64,000 nucleotides of DNA from Eledone cirrhosa (GCA_964016885.1 OZ024741.1:127038001-127102000); one strand, 5' to 3'; positions 15,080 through 29,580 are shown, counted from the first letter of the stretch. Notes: generated from the sequence alone by a model not told the origin. Made by a program: numbers and translations.

Positions 15080-15412
15080 TAGAATTGGTGCTCTGAAATA
15101 GCGATGTATATATGAATGTATATATAGTGTATTTGGTAATACACTGTATGCTTAATTAAAAGTATTTTGAAGACCTTACGCTATTGTTTTAAAGTAGTGA
15201 CTATGAATGTATATATAATTTTCAACAAACGAAGGTAGTGTTAAGCTCTGAGGAATATCAACAGTATGAAACAGAGATATGTCAGCTTATCTCCCTTTGT
15301 TTGTTGAAAAAAGAGGTGACATAGTCACTACTTTAAAGCAATAGCGTAAGGTCTTCAAAATACACCGTAATTAAGCATACAGCGTATTACCAAATACACT
15401 GTATATACATTC

Positions 15413-15420
<8 letters not shown>
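15075..15420 (+). mobile_element. Retrozyme-like element, family B (diverged relative of 52311-52970), with inverted 5' arm
   Basis: 15105-15205 is inverted relative to 15320-15420, with an HHR between them. Clear similarity to 52311-52970. Confidence 0.75.
15242..15289 (+). ncRNA. Type I hammerhead ribozyme (canonical core, GUC triplet)
   Basis: UAAGCU, CUGAGGA, AUAU-CAACA-GUAU, GAAA, CA-GAGAUA-UG, UC^, AGCUUA. Stem I is extended by UUCAACAAACGAAGG / CCUUUGUUUGUUGAA. Confidence 0.8.
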
Positions 15421-15474
<54 letters not shown>

Positions 15475-15583
15475 TAAAACGTGTATATAGAATCAATCAG
15501 ATATTAAAATATATACTATTTCTTCCTCTAACACATATATGTATCATTGATTTAATTTAATTTAATTTTATGTATGTGATAAC

Positions 15584-15620
<37 letters not shown>

Positions 15621-15721
15621 AAAAGAATCAGGATCCCACTCTATCACCCTAAGTATCGAGTACTCTGGTGCGTTATGGTCCACCTGGTTCCCTTCCACAC
15701 TTACTTCGCTATATATATATA

Positions 15722-16430
15722 TATATAACATTAAGTTAGAAGTCGATTGACATATATTTATAAAATATACACATCAAACAATCACAGGGGATAATTTGTA
15801 AAGAGTGTAACCACACATAATTACGCAGGTAACATATCAAAAATTAACAAGAACCTTGAATATAGATACTTTGCTATAATGATTAATCTCCTTTGTATAC
15901 ATTCCATTAAAGAAATATATTTCACCATTAATCGGTGAATCATAGATGTCAAATCTTGGATCATCGGCAAGGACTCGGCTGCTATTTCTAGCTGTCGATA
16001 ACCCTATTTACACCACTGGCTTGACAGCGTGGCGATGTGTGTTTTTTTTTAAACCACATGTACTTTTCGTCGTTATTCCCTGATTTGCTTTTAGGGTGTA
16101 ATCCTAGATAGTTAGACCTTCTCCTCTGCCGATAATCCAACATTTGACATCTATAATTAACTGATTAATGGTGAAATATATTTCTTCAATGGAATATATA
16201 CAAAGGAGATTAATCATTATTACAAGGTATCTATATTCAAGGTTCTTGTTAATTTTTAATATGTTACCTGCGTAACTATGTGTGTTTACACTCTTCACAA
16301 ATTGTCCCCTGTAACTATTTGATCTGTTTATTTTATATATATATATGTCAATCGAATTTTAGATTAATGTTAATAAATGCTCGGATTTACTACTTGGAAT
16401 CTTTGTGCTTATTCCACAGGTGATATGGCG
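15722..16430. repeat. Diverged fold-back element with about 245-bp inverted arms
   Basis: 15727-15969 is the imperfect reverse complement of 16126-16372, followed by a short unpaired tail. Confidence 0.75.
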
Positions 16431-16564
16431 CATGCTTCTGATATACTCAGACATGGCATCTTTAATTTAATTTTGGTAGTAAAAAAATCCTCTGCTTATC
16501 TCTCTCTCACTCTCTCTTTCTCTATATATCTATATATACATGTGTGTGTGTGTGTGTGTGTGTT

Positions 16565-16764
16565 NNNNNNNNNNNNNNNNNNNNNNNNNNNNNNNNNNNN
16601 NNNNNNNNNNNNNNNNNNNNNNNNNNNNNNNNNNNNNNNNNNNNNNNNNNNNNNNNNNNNNNNNNNNNNNNNNNNNNNNNNNNNNNNNNNNNNNNNNNNN
16701 NNNNNNNNNNNNNNNNNNNNNNNNNNNNNNNNNNNNNNNNNNNNNNNNNNNNNNNNNNNNNNNN
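16565..16764. other. Assembly gap (200 N)
   Basis: Run of N flanked by (TG)n and TA repeats. Confidence 1.
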
Positions 16765-17029
16765 TATATAAAGTCTAACGTCTGTCTTAAACCCAGAAGG
16801 CTCATTTGGCCGGTGCTTATCCCGGTTTAATGACGTGAAGCGACTGAGAGTACAAGACTTCCCCCTGGACAAGACCCCAGTCCATCGCAGGGTTAAACCC
16901 CCACCTATTTCTGGTACTCGTTTTCAGCTGAGTATACTGAAGCAACACGAAATGACACAACAGACAAACTAGGAATCGAACCCACGACATTGTATATATA
17001 TATATCAGGCAGGGTATGAGATGCATAGT

Positions 17030-17400
17030 TGTTGTACAGATGTTTATTTGCGCAGCCTACCCACCGGAGTGTTATGGTTTGGTGCAGGGGGACCCAGTTT
17101 ATGGTTTTTATGTCTCAGTTGATTTCCATCCAAAGAAGGGGCTGCTGTATTCTGTGTCTGCAGTTTATCACCGATTCTGCTCTGCTGTTGATGAGCTCGA
17201 GGGGTGCTCTTATGATATGGTAAAGTTCCATGAGGCAGAGCTCGCATTTCCTCTTGAAGTTGTACGGTGCTGCCCTGCTGACAATTTCCCAGTGTGTGGA
17301 GAAGCTGATGCTGGAGTCCTTCAATGTTGTGATGTAATTGGCGATGTAGCGCCTATTAACAGATGTGTTGTGCTCGCTATTATATGATGTTTTACTATAA
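17030..17400 (-). mobile_element. Penelope-like GIY-YIG C-terminal fragment
   Basis: YIANYITTLKD...THWEIVSRAAPY...CELCLME...INSRAE..INCRH. Confidence 0.75.
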
Positions 17401-18988
17401 GCATCGAACATTCCATTATAAGCACCAAACAAGCTTCCAGCCATAAGGTTGACTACAGTAAGGTAGGCACACGTTTAGATATTTTTTTAGTTCCAGACAT
17501 GTATTTGCAATAATATAAATTTGCCTTAAATTCAATACGATTTTGTAACAGCGCAAATGTTGACCTGTTATCTATGAAATATTAGGATCTACTTTTATAC
17601 GAAATCTATTTTTTTAAATTCCAGATTTGGGAGCCAAAATTAGAGGTTTGACTTGATTTAATCGATTATATCGACAACAGTTCATATTTTTACAATCTGA
17701 TACTCATTTTATCGATCACTTTTATGTCGAACAAGTCATGGACTCACAGAGGTACATTCACATCTGCGCACGTGCACACACACATATATACACACATATA
17801 TACATACAAATATATATTTCTGGACTCATATATATATATATATGTAAGTGTATATATATATATATATATGAGTCCAGAAATAGTCGTCGAAACGGCTTGA
17901 GCTCTGCCGTCAGGGTTAAACATTTTCCTATATATATACTACCAGTAATACTAACACCCACTAACACCCCCTCTACCACACACACACACTCATCCAAACA
18001 CGCACATACACACCAGTACACTACACTCCCTCCTCCGTCCCCAACACCTTTTCTCTCCCTCTTCCCGCTTCACCTACACCCCTTCGAACACACACATTCC
18101 ACTAACACCTCTACTAATATACACCCCATCCCCCCACATCACCACCTTCCCCCTCCACCTTTCACACCTACCCATCCTCTCCCCTGTCCACCGCACCTCC
18201 GCACACACAGATACACAGTCCTCACCACATACAGACCATTTCTCCACCTATCATTCTCCTCTACTGCTATCTCTTCACCCTGCCTTGACCCTCTAACCAC
18301 TTCCTCCACATCTCTCCACTTCCGACCACCACAACTAATGGATTCCACACCACCGGTCATCGTTCCAGCTATCCACTCTATAAATGAAAAATATCCAACA
18401 TCGCATCGCACACTCCACGGAACTAACTTAGGAATTTACCCACGAACAAACACACACATTCTTTTTTCGAACCACGCCACCTACATCCACACCACGTATA
18501 AACACAAACACACACGTACGCACCCCCACATATACACACTCAGCCTCCGGAATCCGCACGCCCCCCTCCCACATCCATCCTCACGCACGCACACACCGAC
18601 TTACACCCCACCTTATACACACACCTTTTCCTGAACATGGAACCTCGTTCTTTCCCCAACTCTCATATTCACAAACACACGCACACACACGTAAACCTAC
18701 ACACATACACAAACGCCACCTTCAGCCCTCTCCGCTCGGACCCCCTGCCTCCCTCTCCCAACTCCACCCGCCACCACCCCTACACGCCTCACACCCTTCC
18801 ACCACTTGTTTATTTTTATGTTTATTTTTATGTTTATTTTTATTTTTATTTGTACTTCTTCAATCGTTTTTCCTCCCTTTTCTCCCTCCTCCCCTTTTTT
18901 CTAAATGTCTTTCCACCACACCCCCACATACCCTCGGAATTCTCTTCCTACCCACTTTTCTCCTGATAAAGAGCTTTTGCCCGAAATT

Positions 18989-19021
<33 letters not shown>

Positions 19022-19107
19022 CAAAAGCGTGAACCTAATAAACTCTTATTTGTACTGCCTCTCTGTTTTTGTTCCCGTCTAACTTTTAACTATATATATA
19101 TATATGT

Positions 19108-21229
19108 GTAGGAGGTAAGTTTTATTGTAGTACAATAAAGCAATGCAGATATCGGATAAGTAGCACTCTACAGTTTGTAGGACTGGAGTATAAATAATAT
19201 ATAAGATCAAAAGATGGTTAAAAGGGTTCCATGTATTTTATTATGCGCATTTCAAAAACAAATGTCATCATGCGATGACATTTGCGTTTTCTAATAAAAA
19301 CATCTTTGATGCTAACGCCAATTATTATAATAACGCGCTTTCTAAGGCCGGTTATCCTGATAAAATCAAATATAGTAAAGAAACAAATTCTAGAAGATCT
19401 TACAGTAGAATAATTAATCATGATCATTCCAATAACTTTAATAAAAGACCTAGATACAAAAACATAATCTGGTATAATGCTCCTTTCTCCATCTCTATTA
19501 ATAATAATATTCCTAAATTATTCTTTAGTGCCTTAAATAAATGCTTCCCTCCCTCACATATCTATAGTAAAATATTTAACAAACACACTATAAAATTTTC
19601 CTATTCGACCTCCTCCAACATCTCCAACATTATTTCTAAACACAACAATGAAATACTAAATACTAAATCTCTTCCTTCCAACACTGAATATCATAATAAT
19701 AGTAATAGTACTCCCGACGTCATTGTTAACTCTAGGCTAATTTCTGCAAACCCAAATACAACGTCAAACGCAACTTCGTTAAATGTTCTTAATCCTATTC
19801 TAAATCAAGAAACTATTATTCCTATCGTAAATAACTTCTCCAATCCAATTCTTTCTATAGATAACACTAGGTCACTTGTTAATAACTCTGTTAATTTCTC
19901 TAATCGCAATTGTAATTGCTCTGTTAAAAATAAATGTCCTCTCAAGAACCATTGTCTTGAAAAAAACTTAATCTACGAATGTAAAGTTATAACTGACACC
20001 AATTCCTTTACCTATTTTGGCTCCACTTCCACCTCCTTTAAAGCTCGTCTTTATAATCATCATTCGTCTTTTAAATACCAACTTAAAAGAACCAACACGG
20101 CACTCTCAGAACTCATATGGTCCTTGAAAGACAAAAATATTAACTATAACATCTCTTAGAGGAAGGTTTGTTCTGCTTCTCCATACTTAAATGGTTCTCT
20201 ATCCAAAACATGTAATCTCTGTTTATGTGAGAAATTTACCATTATATCTGATTTAGATTCTATAATAAATAGACGCACTGACTTGTTTTCTCTCTGCTTG
20301 CATAAATACCACAGAACATTCCATAAAGTATACAGCTAATATCTACTACTTTACCAATTTAAAATCCTTTTCTCAAAGGCACATATATATATATATATAC
20401 ATATATATTTCTTTAAAAATATACCCATCTTTCTACCCTATTTCAATGTTATTTATTATACATTATATAATACTAGTTACTCATTCTATATCACTCCTAT
20501 TTATCACTTCCCTTTCTTTCTTTTTTCCTTTTTTTCTTTTTTTCTTTTTCTTTTAATTTCTAACCTCTAATCTGTACCTTTTCTTCCTAGATACTTCTCA
20601 ATTCTCATTATTACTCACCACAATATATCCTTACCCTTTTAAATACTTTATAATATCACCTTGAAAAATCCTTCGTAAACATAAACATTTTTTTGACGTT
20701 AGATTATTCATCCCCAATTCATTATTTTTTTCTCCCTTTCATGCTCATCAAACTTATACATATTACACTTATTCATCCACTCTTCTACTTCTTTTCGCAA
20801 TATATCCTTAATTACATTACTATTGTTATATTTTTATATATTTTTTAATAATACATATCAACAATTTCTTTCCATCGCACATATTATTAAACCCTTAAAT
20901 ATTATTCTTAATACATATTAACAATTTCTTTTCATCGCACATATTATTAAACCCTTCAATATACAAACCTTAATTTAACATTATTCTAAAAATTTTCTCT
21001 TCGTTAATTTTCAAATTCTTTTAATTTATATATTATCTTCCAACAGTTTTTTAACCTCTCTATGTAAAACAATATATTTTTCTCAGTTATAAAAGCTATA
21101 TCTCTCTCTATCACCCATCTCTCCTCCTATCTCATCCTTCCATTCTTTACTCTCATCTCCTCCTCTTTTTCATCCTTTCCACCCCTCCCCCCCCCCCCAC
21201 CCCCACCCCCTTAATTTTTTCACAATATC

Positions 21230-21240
<11 letters not shown>
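19108..21240 (+). mobile_element. Penelope-like element, family A, 5'-truncated with inverted terminal segment at the 5' end
   Basis: ORF 19275-20159 (IWYNAPF...NKHTIKFSYS...CNC....CPL...CL...LIYECKV...YFGST) continues past a W->stop to about 20338. Segment 19108-19290 is the reverse complement of the family terminus seen at 28000-28172. Confidence 0.9.
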
Positions 21241-21306
<66 letters not shown>

Positions 21307-22271
21307 ACGTTGTCTGCTTCTTCATACTTGTGTCATACTTCCGCCGGCACAATAGTCACTTTATCAAATTATATGTCAAGCAGAGAAAGAAATCATAACT
21401 GATAACTATAGGAAATAATTATTTCACCAATTTGTAAGAGCTAATTTTCTTTTTGCATTGAAATTAAAATTAATTGTCTTTTTGTTACATTAGTTTGGAA
21501 TTTTTTATTAAAGATCGAAAAAAATATTTCGGATTAAATAGACCAATCTTGCGAGAAAATAAAAAGTTAAAGAGTACAAAAAAGAAAATATATATCCACA
21601 ATGGAGAATTTTTGCATAAGAATATGTGTTAAACATCAGTTTTTATAGTATGTTTAAATCAGACGGAGAAGTGGAAAATGACCAAATACCAGACACTGCG
21701 TTACCGCTTTCTTTAATTTTTTTTTAGTCTCTATTGATACTTTCGTGTTCTCGTTCGAATTGTCACAGAGAAGCATAAGATGACAAAATATCAAACATTC
21801 ACTGACTGTTTTCTTTTTGTGTTGGTTATTTTGAGACCATCCGTGCCGTCGGTCTCCCGACTGCCACAGAGAAGCGGAAAATAACTAAATGCCAGGCATT
21901 GACCAACCATTTCCTTTTTTGTTGTTGTTTCGTGACCTCCAGTGTGCTCGGTCTCTGGTCTTGCATTTTCGTAGTCCAAATCGGGAAGAGAGCATCATGC
22001 CTCAGGAACAGACAAATTTCAAATATATTGGCGCTTGGATAGACAGTTCATAAAAATAACATACATGCATACATACAAACAGGTACACACACACGCATAT
22101 ATATATTATATATATATAGTTCAAGGAAATGACAGAGGTACAAAAAGTCGTATTAGTTTCACGCTTTGTATGGAAAGAAAGGGGGAAAGAAAGTTCGACG
22201 TGTCGGGTTTTAGCCCATCTTCAGGAGTTCAAAAATAGAGACAGGATCACAAAGGATAGATACAGAATATG

Positions 22272-22356
<85 letters not shown>

Positions 22357-22361
<5 letters not shown>

Positions 22362-24530
22362 TGGACTCTCCCGTCGATTCGACGTATGAGTGGTCAACAG
22401 TCTTTTCAGTTCATTGTTTCATGTTTATGCCTCAAATGGCACTTCAATCCAGCTGCTGATTTACACATCAATCCGCATTTGGTGCAGGTGATAGGATCTT
22501 GAACAGACCAGGCAGGAATGCCTGACCGGACACTGGTGCCAAATCTTATCTCACAGAGGTGGGCTAAACGAGATTTCTCAAAGTTCTTTATACCTTCGTG
22601 GCAGACGGTTGGCAGGCATGCCTTTAAACGAAGAAAGCGGTACGTTGACAGACTTAAGATCGTACTTCAGTTTGTCCTTATATCAGAGTAGTGGCCTGTC
22701 CACACTATGCACATCATCCGGGAGCTGACTGTACAACAGTAGCTTGGGTGTGCGGTCTTCAGAGATCCGTAGAACATGACAGGCTCATCTGAGTTGGGAT
22801 TGCATCAGAAATGACTCCATCCCACAATGTTGCACCTTGTGAACAGTTCGGCATTGGAGACTCTGTCAGAAAGTGCATATCCACAGACAGAGCAAAGACA
22901 CCGTTTGTAGAAGACATCAAGCTTGTGTATGTGAGTGCGGTAACGTGTCCATGACTCTGAGCCATATAAGAGTGTTGTCAGTATCACTGCACGATAAACT
23001 GCTACTTTTGTTTTCAGGGATATATCTCTGGCACTCCATAGGCGGTGATGTATCTTGGCAAAAGTATCAGTTGCCTTGAAGATGCGATTAACAATCTCAT
23101 CATCCAGGGATGCAGAGTGATTCACCTTGCTGCCAAAGTAAGTAAAGGAGCTCACATATTTCAGATCTTTGCCATCATTAGTGATGGGTACAAGAGGATG
23201 CCTTTGATCTGACCGCGTCTGTTTAACGCCTCCTGCGTGTCTGGGGGATAGATGGCTTTGGTTCATGTACCACCTCACTCTTCTTGATCCTGATTGATAG
23301 ACCAAAGGCCTTACAAGCAAGAGAAAAACGGTTCATCAATTCCTGTGCTTCTTTGAAGGATGTTGCAACAAGTGCAGCATCATCAGCAAACAGTAAATCG
23401 CGAATGATACTTGTTCGCGTGAGTGTTTTAGCCTTAAAGCGCTGATGGTTGAATAGCCCACCTCGAACTCAAATCTGACACCAGTGTCCAAATCACCAAA
23501 TGCATGCCGGGGCATTACAGAAAAGAACAAAGCAAAGAGGACAGGCGCCATGACACAACCCTGCTTCGCACCATTTGTAACAGCAAAGAGTTCAGAGCAT
23601 TGACCATTTGACATAACTGATGCTTCCATGCCCTCATGGAAGGATATGATGATATTTAACATATTATCAGGTATGCTAAGCTTTTTCAGTGTCAGGTCAA
23701 CAAAAACGATTAACAGCTCTTGGTTCACTCCAGGAACCTTCTCTGCGACCTGGCGAAGAGAGAAAATCATGTCAATAGTACCCCGACCAGAGCAGGAACC
23801 ACATTGATTTTCATGGTAGGTATCGTCAACAAGTCTAGATGTAATTCTGTTGAGAATGACACGGGATAGTATCTTACCAGAGAAGGGAGATGCAGAGAGA
23901 GTTGTCGCTGATAGATTGTTTACCTTTGTTTTTGAACAGGTAAATTATCGATGCATCTCTGAAGTCCCGGGGGACGCTCCCAACACTACAGATGTTTAGA
24001 AATAGCTGAAGAGGCCTACGAACCAGTTTTTACCACTATATTTGAAGATTTCAGGTGGTATGCCATCTTTACCAGGATCTTTATAGGATGATAACTACCT
24101 GATGGCAGCTTTTATTTCATTCAAGTTTGGGTTTAATGCTAATTCAGGGATCTCCGGCTTTTGTGGAATAGATGATATGACATCTTCATCCACCTCTAAT
24201 TCTGCATTAAAGACCTTCTCAAAGTGTTCCTTCGAGCGAGTGAGAATCTCAGCTTTGTCCGTGTATAGGGTTGTTGCATTAGAGGAAAGCACTGGATTTG
24301 ACCTGCCCTCCCTCGGACCATACACCACCTTGAGACCTTTATAAAAGGCTTGTGGGTCCTTTTTATCAGCAGCTTCGTGTAGTTCGGCTGCTTTAGTCAT
24401 CCACCAAGCATCCTTCATCTTTTTGAGGACTGTAGCGGCTGCTTGCAATCTTTGTAGGTTATATTTTTTGTTGATGAATTTTTATCTCCAATCCAAATCC
24501 TGTGTAGACTATGCATTCCGTTGATATGGG
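22357..24530 (-). mobile_element. RTE-clade LINE, decayed
   Basis: Frameshifted RT: MIFSLRQ...FVDLT...GAKQGCVMAPVLF...FADD...FTYFGS...YRAVILTTLLYGSESW. 3' stem-loop CGTCGAATCGACG before (TA)n. Confidence 0.9.
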
Positions 24531-24730
24531 CATCCGAGTTGCCTTAATCAAACCTCTCCAGAGGTTTTCTCATAGGAAATCCTAAGATCTCCATAGAGGC
24601 TGCATAGGTGACATCTTTGAGCGCTTTCCAGGAAGCCTCAATATCATCAAAAATCTGGATAGAGTCGAGGAATGAGTCAAGCTTTCGAAAAAGTTTCGGA
24701 TCCCATCACAGCTTGCCCACATCAATCTAG

Positions 24731-24777
<47 letters not shown>

Positions 24778-24967
24778 ATGTATATATATATATATATATG
24801 TATATACATATACATATACATATACAAGAATATAGACGAATGTAAACGTACCATTAGTTTTGAATGGTCGATTATTGATGGATGGATCGATAAATCGAAA
24901 CATCAAGCAATTTACATTACAAGACAACATATTAAATGGATCATTAAGTATCAAGCCATTTGATGGT

Positions 24968-25008
<41 letters not shown>

Positions 25009-25255
25009 ATGTGTTTGTGATGGTTTGTTTTTTTATCGTTCCGTTTCAGACCATTTGATATTTAAACGATGCGTGATATTCACATATATACATTGTTTTA
25101 TTCTTTTACTGCTAGCCAGTCATTAGGCAGCAGTCGTACAAGGTCGTATTTACAACATACGATTCTTGTAAAATGATTACGTGAGTAGATAACTAGTGGA
25201 GCTATACGGATTATACACGATTAGGCTTCTTAAGCCATATATATGTGTATGTATG

Positions 25256-25300
<45 letters not shown>

Positions 25301-25321
25301 TTATATATACACACACACACA

Positions 25322-25372
<51 letters not shown>

Positions 25373-25454
25373 TACTCTTTTACTCTTTTACCTGTTTCAG
25401 CCATCCGGCTGAGGCCATGCTGGGGCACCGCCCATATATATATATATATATATA

Positions 25455-25635
25455 ATTGTTTCTGTTTTAGGCCCAAGGCCAGCAATTATCCAGTACATTA
25501 CTGGTACTTTATTTTATCGACCCCGTAAGGATGAAAGGCAAAGTTAACCTCGGCACGATTTGAACTCAGATCGTAAAGGGACGTAACTATGCTGGAAAGC
25601 ATGGCGTCAGACACTCTACCGATACTGCCAATTCA
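25455..25635 (-). mobile_element. tRNA-derived SINE (same family as 9336-9515)
   Basis: Near-colinear match to 9336-9515. Confidence 0.8.
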
Positions 25636-25680
25636 CATATATATAATATAAGATCAAAATATGGTTAAAAGAGTTCCAAG

Positions 25681-25751
25681 TATTTTATTATGCGCATTTC
25701 AAAAACAAATATCATCATGGGATGATATTTGCGTTCTCATCAGATAAAATA
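25681..25751 (-). ncRNA. Minimal type I hammerhead ribozyme (family A)
   Basis: UAUUUUAU, CUGAUGA, long stem II (CAAAUAUCAUC-CCAU-GAUGAUAUUUG), GAAA, palindromic UGCGCA, UA^, AUAAAAUA. Confidence 0.8.
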
Positions 25752-27984
25752 GGGAAACATGATATGAAGTTTAAAAACACTTGTGAGCAGTGAAGTTTTA
25801 AATCAACATATGAAAAATAAAATGAGATGGATATATGAGATTGGGAAAAAAGGAGGGGGGGGGTTAGGAAATGGTAAGGAAGAGGAAGAAAGAAAATAAG
25901 GGATGAAGTGGGAGGAGTATAAGAAGGAAGGATGAGAGAGGAGGAGAAATGAGTGATAGAGAGAAATAGCCTTTACAACTGAGAAAAACATTGACTCACA
26001 AGGGGAAATTAAAAAAACCGTTGGAAGATAATAGATAATTTTAAAAGATTTTGAAATTAGGAGTTAATGAGGTTTATTGATGTTGATGTTTATGATTAAA
26101 GAAAAAGGAATAAAGAATAATATTAAAGGTTTATATATTGAAGGGTTTAATAATATGTGCGAAAAAAATTATTAATATGTATTATTAAAATAAAAATATT
26201 AATAATATTAAGGATATAATGTGAGAGAAGGAGAAGAATAAATGAATTATGAACTTTGAGGAATTAGTTAGGGTTTAAGTTTGTTTTTATGTATTGTAAT
26301 ATGTAAAAGTAAATAATAGGTTTAAAATGAGTACGGAAGGAGAGAAGAAAAAAGAAAATTTAAGAAGAAGATATCTAACGTCAAAAAGTATATATGTTTA
26401 CAAAAAATTTCCTAATGGTAATATGTATTAAAAAATATAGTTTCTATGGCCAATAATATGAGGAAAATGGGAAAATGGAAAAATGGAAAATGTTGTAATG
26501 AGTAATTATATGAGTTGAGAAGTAATTGGGAAATAAAAGTTACAGATTAAAGATAAGAAATTAAAAAGGAAAAAAAAGAAAAGAAACGAAAAAGGGTAAA
26601 AGAAGAAAAGATATGGGACCTCTAACGATATAGAAGGGGTAAATTGTATAATATAATATACTGAAATAAGGTAGAAAGATAGGTATATTTGTAATAGATA
26701 TAAAAGCCTTTGAGAAAAAAGATTTTAAACTAATTATGTATTGAAATTTTACCTGTATACTTTATGGAAGGTTCTATGGGATTTATGCAAGCAGAGCGAG
26801 AATAAATTCGTACGTCTATTTATTATAGAATTAAAATTGGATATAATGGTAAATTTCTCGGCTAGGCAGAGATTACATGGTCTGGATAGGGAAGAATTCA
26901 GGTAAGGAAATGCGTAGCAAACTTTCCTCCAAGATATGTTATAGTTAATATTTTTGTCTTTTAAGGACCATATGAGTTCCGAGAGTGCCGTGTTAGTTCT
27001 TTTGAGTTGGTATTTAAAAGACGATTTGTGATTATAAAATCTAGCTTTAAAAGAAGTGGAAGTGGGATCGAAATAGGTAAAAGAATTAGTACCAGTTATA
27101 ACCTTACATTCATACACTAAGTTTTTATCAAGACATTGATTATTAAGAGGACATTTACTTCTAACAGGGAAATTACAATTATGATTAGAGAAATTAACAG
27201 AGTTAGTAGCAAGTGACCTAGTATTATTTATAGAAGGAATTGGATTGGAGAAGTTTTTTACGATAGGAACTATATTTTCCTGATTTAGATTGGTATTATG
27301 AACATTCAATGAGTTACGTTTGATGTCGTATTTAAATTTACTGAATCTAGCCTAGAGTTAACAATGACGTCGGGTATATTACTGCTATTATTATGACGCT
27401 CGGTGTTGGATGGATGTAATTTATTGTTTAATATTTTATTATTGTGTTTAGAGATAATGTTAGAGATGTTGGAAGTGGTGGAATACGAAAGTTTGATTGT
27501 ATGTTTGTTAAATATTTTACTATAGATATGCGAGGGAGGGAAGCATTTATCTAAGGCCCTAAAGAATAGTTTAGGAATATTATTAGTTATAGATAGAGAA
27601 AAAGGAGCATTATACCAAATCATATTTTTGTATCTAGGTCTTTTATTTAATTTATTGGAATGTTCATAATTAACTGTTTTACTATAGTTCCTTCGATGAT
27701 TGGTTTCTTTACTGTATTTAATTTTATCAGGATAACCGGCTTTGGAAAGCGCATTATTATAGTAATTGGCATTAGCGTCGAAGATAACTTTATTAGCGGA
27801 TAGATTTGAGATTCTTTTTTCAATATTACTGACTATAGCATTTTTAACATTAGTGGGGGGCGGTTAGATTTAAAGTTAACATAATTTAGATTTTCGTTGT
27901 TTTTATGGTAAGGGTAATATAGGCCAGTGTCAAGATTAAGGGATATATCCAAGATGTGCTTTTAAACTTCATATCATGTTTCCC

Positions 27985-28049
27985 TATTTTATCTGATGAG
28001 AACGCAAATAGCATCCCATATTTGTTTTTGAAATGCGCATAATAAAATA
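27985..28049 (+). ncRNA. Minimal type I hammerhead ribozyme (family A, inverted arm)
   Basis: UAUUUUAU, CUGAUGA (27993-27999), stem II, GAAA (28030-28033), UGCGCA, UA^, AUAAAAUA. Confidence 0.75.
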
Positions 28050-28169
28050 CTTGGAACTCTTTTAACCATCTTTTGATCTTATATTATTTATACTCCAGTC
28101 CTATAAACTGTGGAGTGCTACTTATCCGATGTTTGCATTTCTTTATTGTTGCTACAATAAAACTTACCT

Positions 28170-28202
<33 letters not shown>

Positions 28203-28224
28203 TGTATATATATATATATATATA

Positions 28225-29580
28225 TGATAGCTGCAACTCGATTTCGAGTCATGCTATCGCTTGATACTTAAGCATGAGCAGCACGGACGTGTCTTTTTAG
28301 TCTTGCTAGGGACTTTCACACACTTGCACAAACGTTGCAATTATAGGGGCCTCTGGGAGTAGGTGTTACGGTGCTGTTTTGGAGCGCTTTCAAATGACGT
28401 TTCAGTCCCCCAACTGAGGGACATCCTTTTCCATAATCCCTGCAAACAGAAATGCCATATAATGCACAGTTGACAGTGGCTCCGTGTACGTGGCTTCCTC
28501 GATTACTTAGAAGGCTCGCCGTTCTTAGACATAACCGACCACGTTCTTTGCAGGTTAAATTACCTGGATGCCAAGATACTCCGGTAAATCAAACTCAAGG
28601 CCCTTACGAACACACTACTTCAGCTGTTCATTCACAACACGGTTTCGTTCAAATTCTTTCCTCCCATCATGCACTGCTTTCCTCCAGTGGTTCTCCCAGT
28701 CATTCCCCGATATTTTCAACTTCCCCAGTATTCTTTTAATGCAATCCCTGTACCTCAATTTTGGTTTTGTGCATCAGTCATTTACCTTCAACTAGCTCAC
28801 CATACAGGAATTGCCTAGGGATGTGATCATCATCCAATCTCACTACATGACCATTCCATCTTAATCAATGTTGAAATATAAAAGACACTATACTGGTAGA
28901 CCGACTGTGTTCGAGGGCTTCAGTGTCAATCATGTACATTTTCCAGTGGATGCTCTGTATACGTCGAAGACACTGTCGGTGAAACTGCTCCAACCTTTTG
29001 CGGTGCCTTCGATAAGTGACCCAAGTTTCAGATGCATACAACAAAGAATTCAAAACACAAGTATTATACACTTTTAACTTTGTCTCAATGGAAATACCAC
29101 GGTAATTGCTACAGTCGTCCCTTCCACCTTTGCCTTTATAGGGGACAACCATTAGTACATCTTTCTTCAACCAAAATATTTGGATTAAGATAGTTTGACG
29201 ACGAAGTAGATTTTCACTTCTACATTCGAAGATTTCAGCCAGAGGCCATCCATCCCAGGTTAATTACAACTATTCAGCTTTTTCAAAGCAATTTGGACTT
29301 CCTCTAAGGAAGGAGTTTCTGCCATTACATCTTTGGTGTGTCTGCAGGGAATGGTGTCCACAAACTTGTCATCAACCTCAGACAGCCTATTCAAAAGCCT
29401 GTCAAAGTGTTCACGTCACCAGACAAGAATGTCCTTTGGATCCCGAAGCAATCCTTTGTCGTCTTGAGTGAGAAGAGGTGCAGCTGGGGAGGATAATGGC
29501 CCATACACTTCCCGTAACAAATTATACACCAACTTTGTATTGTTAGAATCAAAGGTCGACTGAATATCCTCTGATTACAT
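28225..29580 (-). mobile_element. RTE-clade LINE remnant with the RT core deleted
   Basis: YKGKGGRDDCSNYRGIS is joined directly to IETKLKVYNTCVLNSLLYASETW. 3' hairpin CTCG-AAAT-CGAG. Confidence 0.85.

Larger units (their letters stand above)
25640..28172 (-). mobile_element. Penelope-like element, family A, with inverted termini each holding an HHR
   Basis: ORFs 27306-27623 and 26749-27309 (linker plus GIY-YIG) are homologous to 19275-20338. Segment 25645-25780 is inverted relative to 27956-28087, and a tail 28088-28172 runs to (TA)n. Confidence 0.9.

Noticed and set aside
16378-16470. Frame reading CSDLLLGIFVLIPQVIWR, superficially like GPCR TM2
   Set aside because: It lies in the tail of a fold-back repeat, is short and stop-bounded, and does not match the GnRH-receptor TM2 as I recall it.
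17738-18966. 298-aa and 109-aa Pro/His/Thr-rich ORFs
   Set aside because: C/A-skewed low-complexity sequence ending in a decayed HHR-type terminus, so more likely a retroelement 3' region. No recognisable domain.
19275-20338. Possible selenocysteine (in-frame UGA) recoding as reported for some Naiad PLEs
   Set aside because: The interrupting stop here is TAG at a Trp position (TGG in the sister copy), and the conserved Cys codons are ordinary TGT/TGC.
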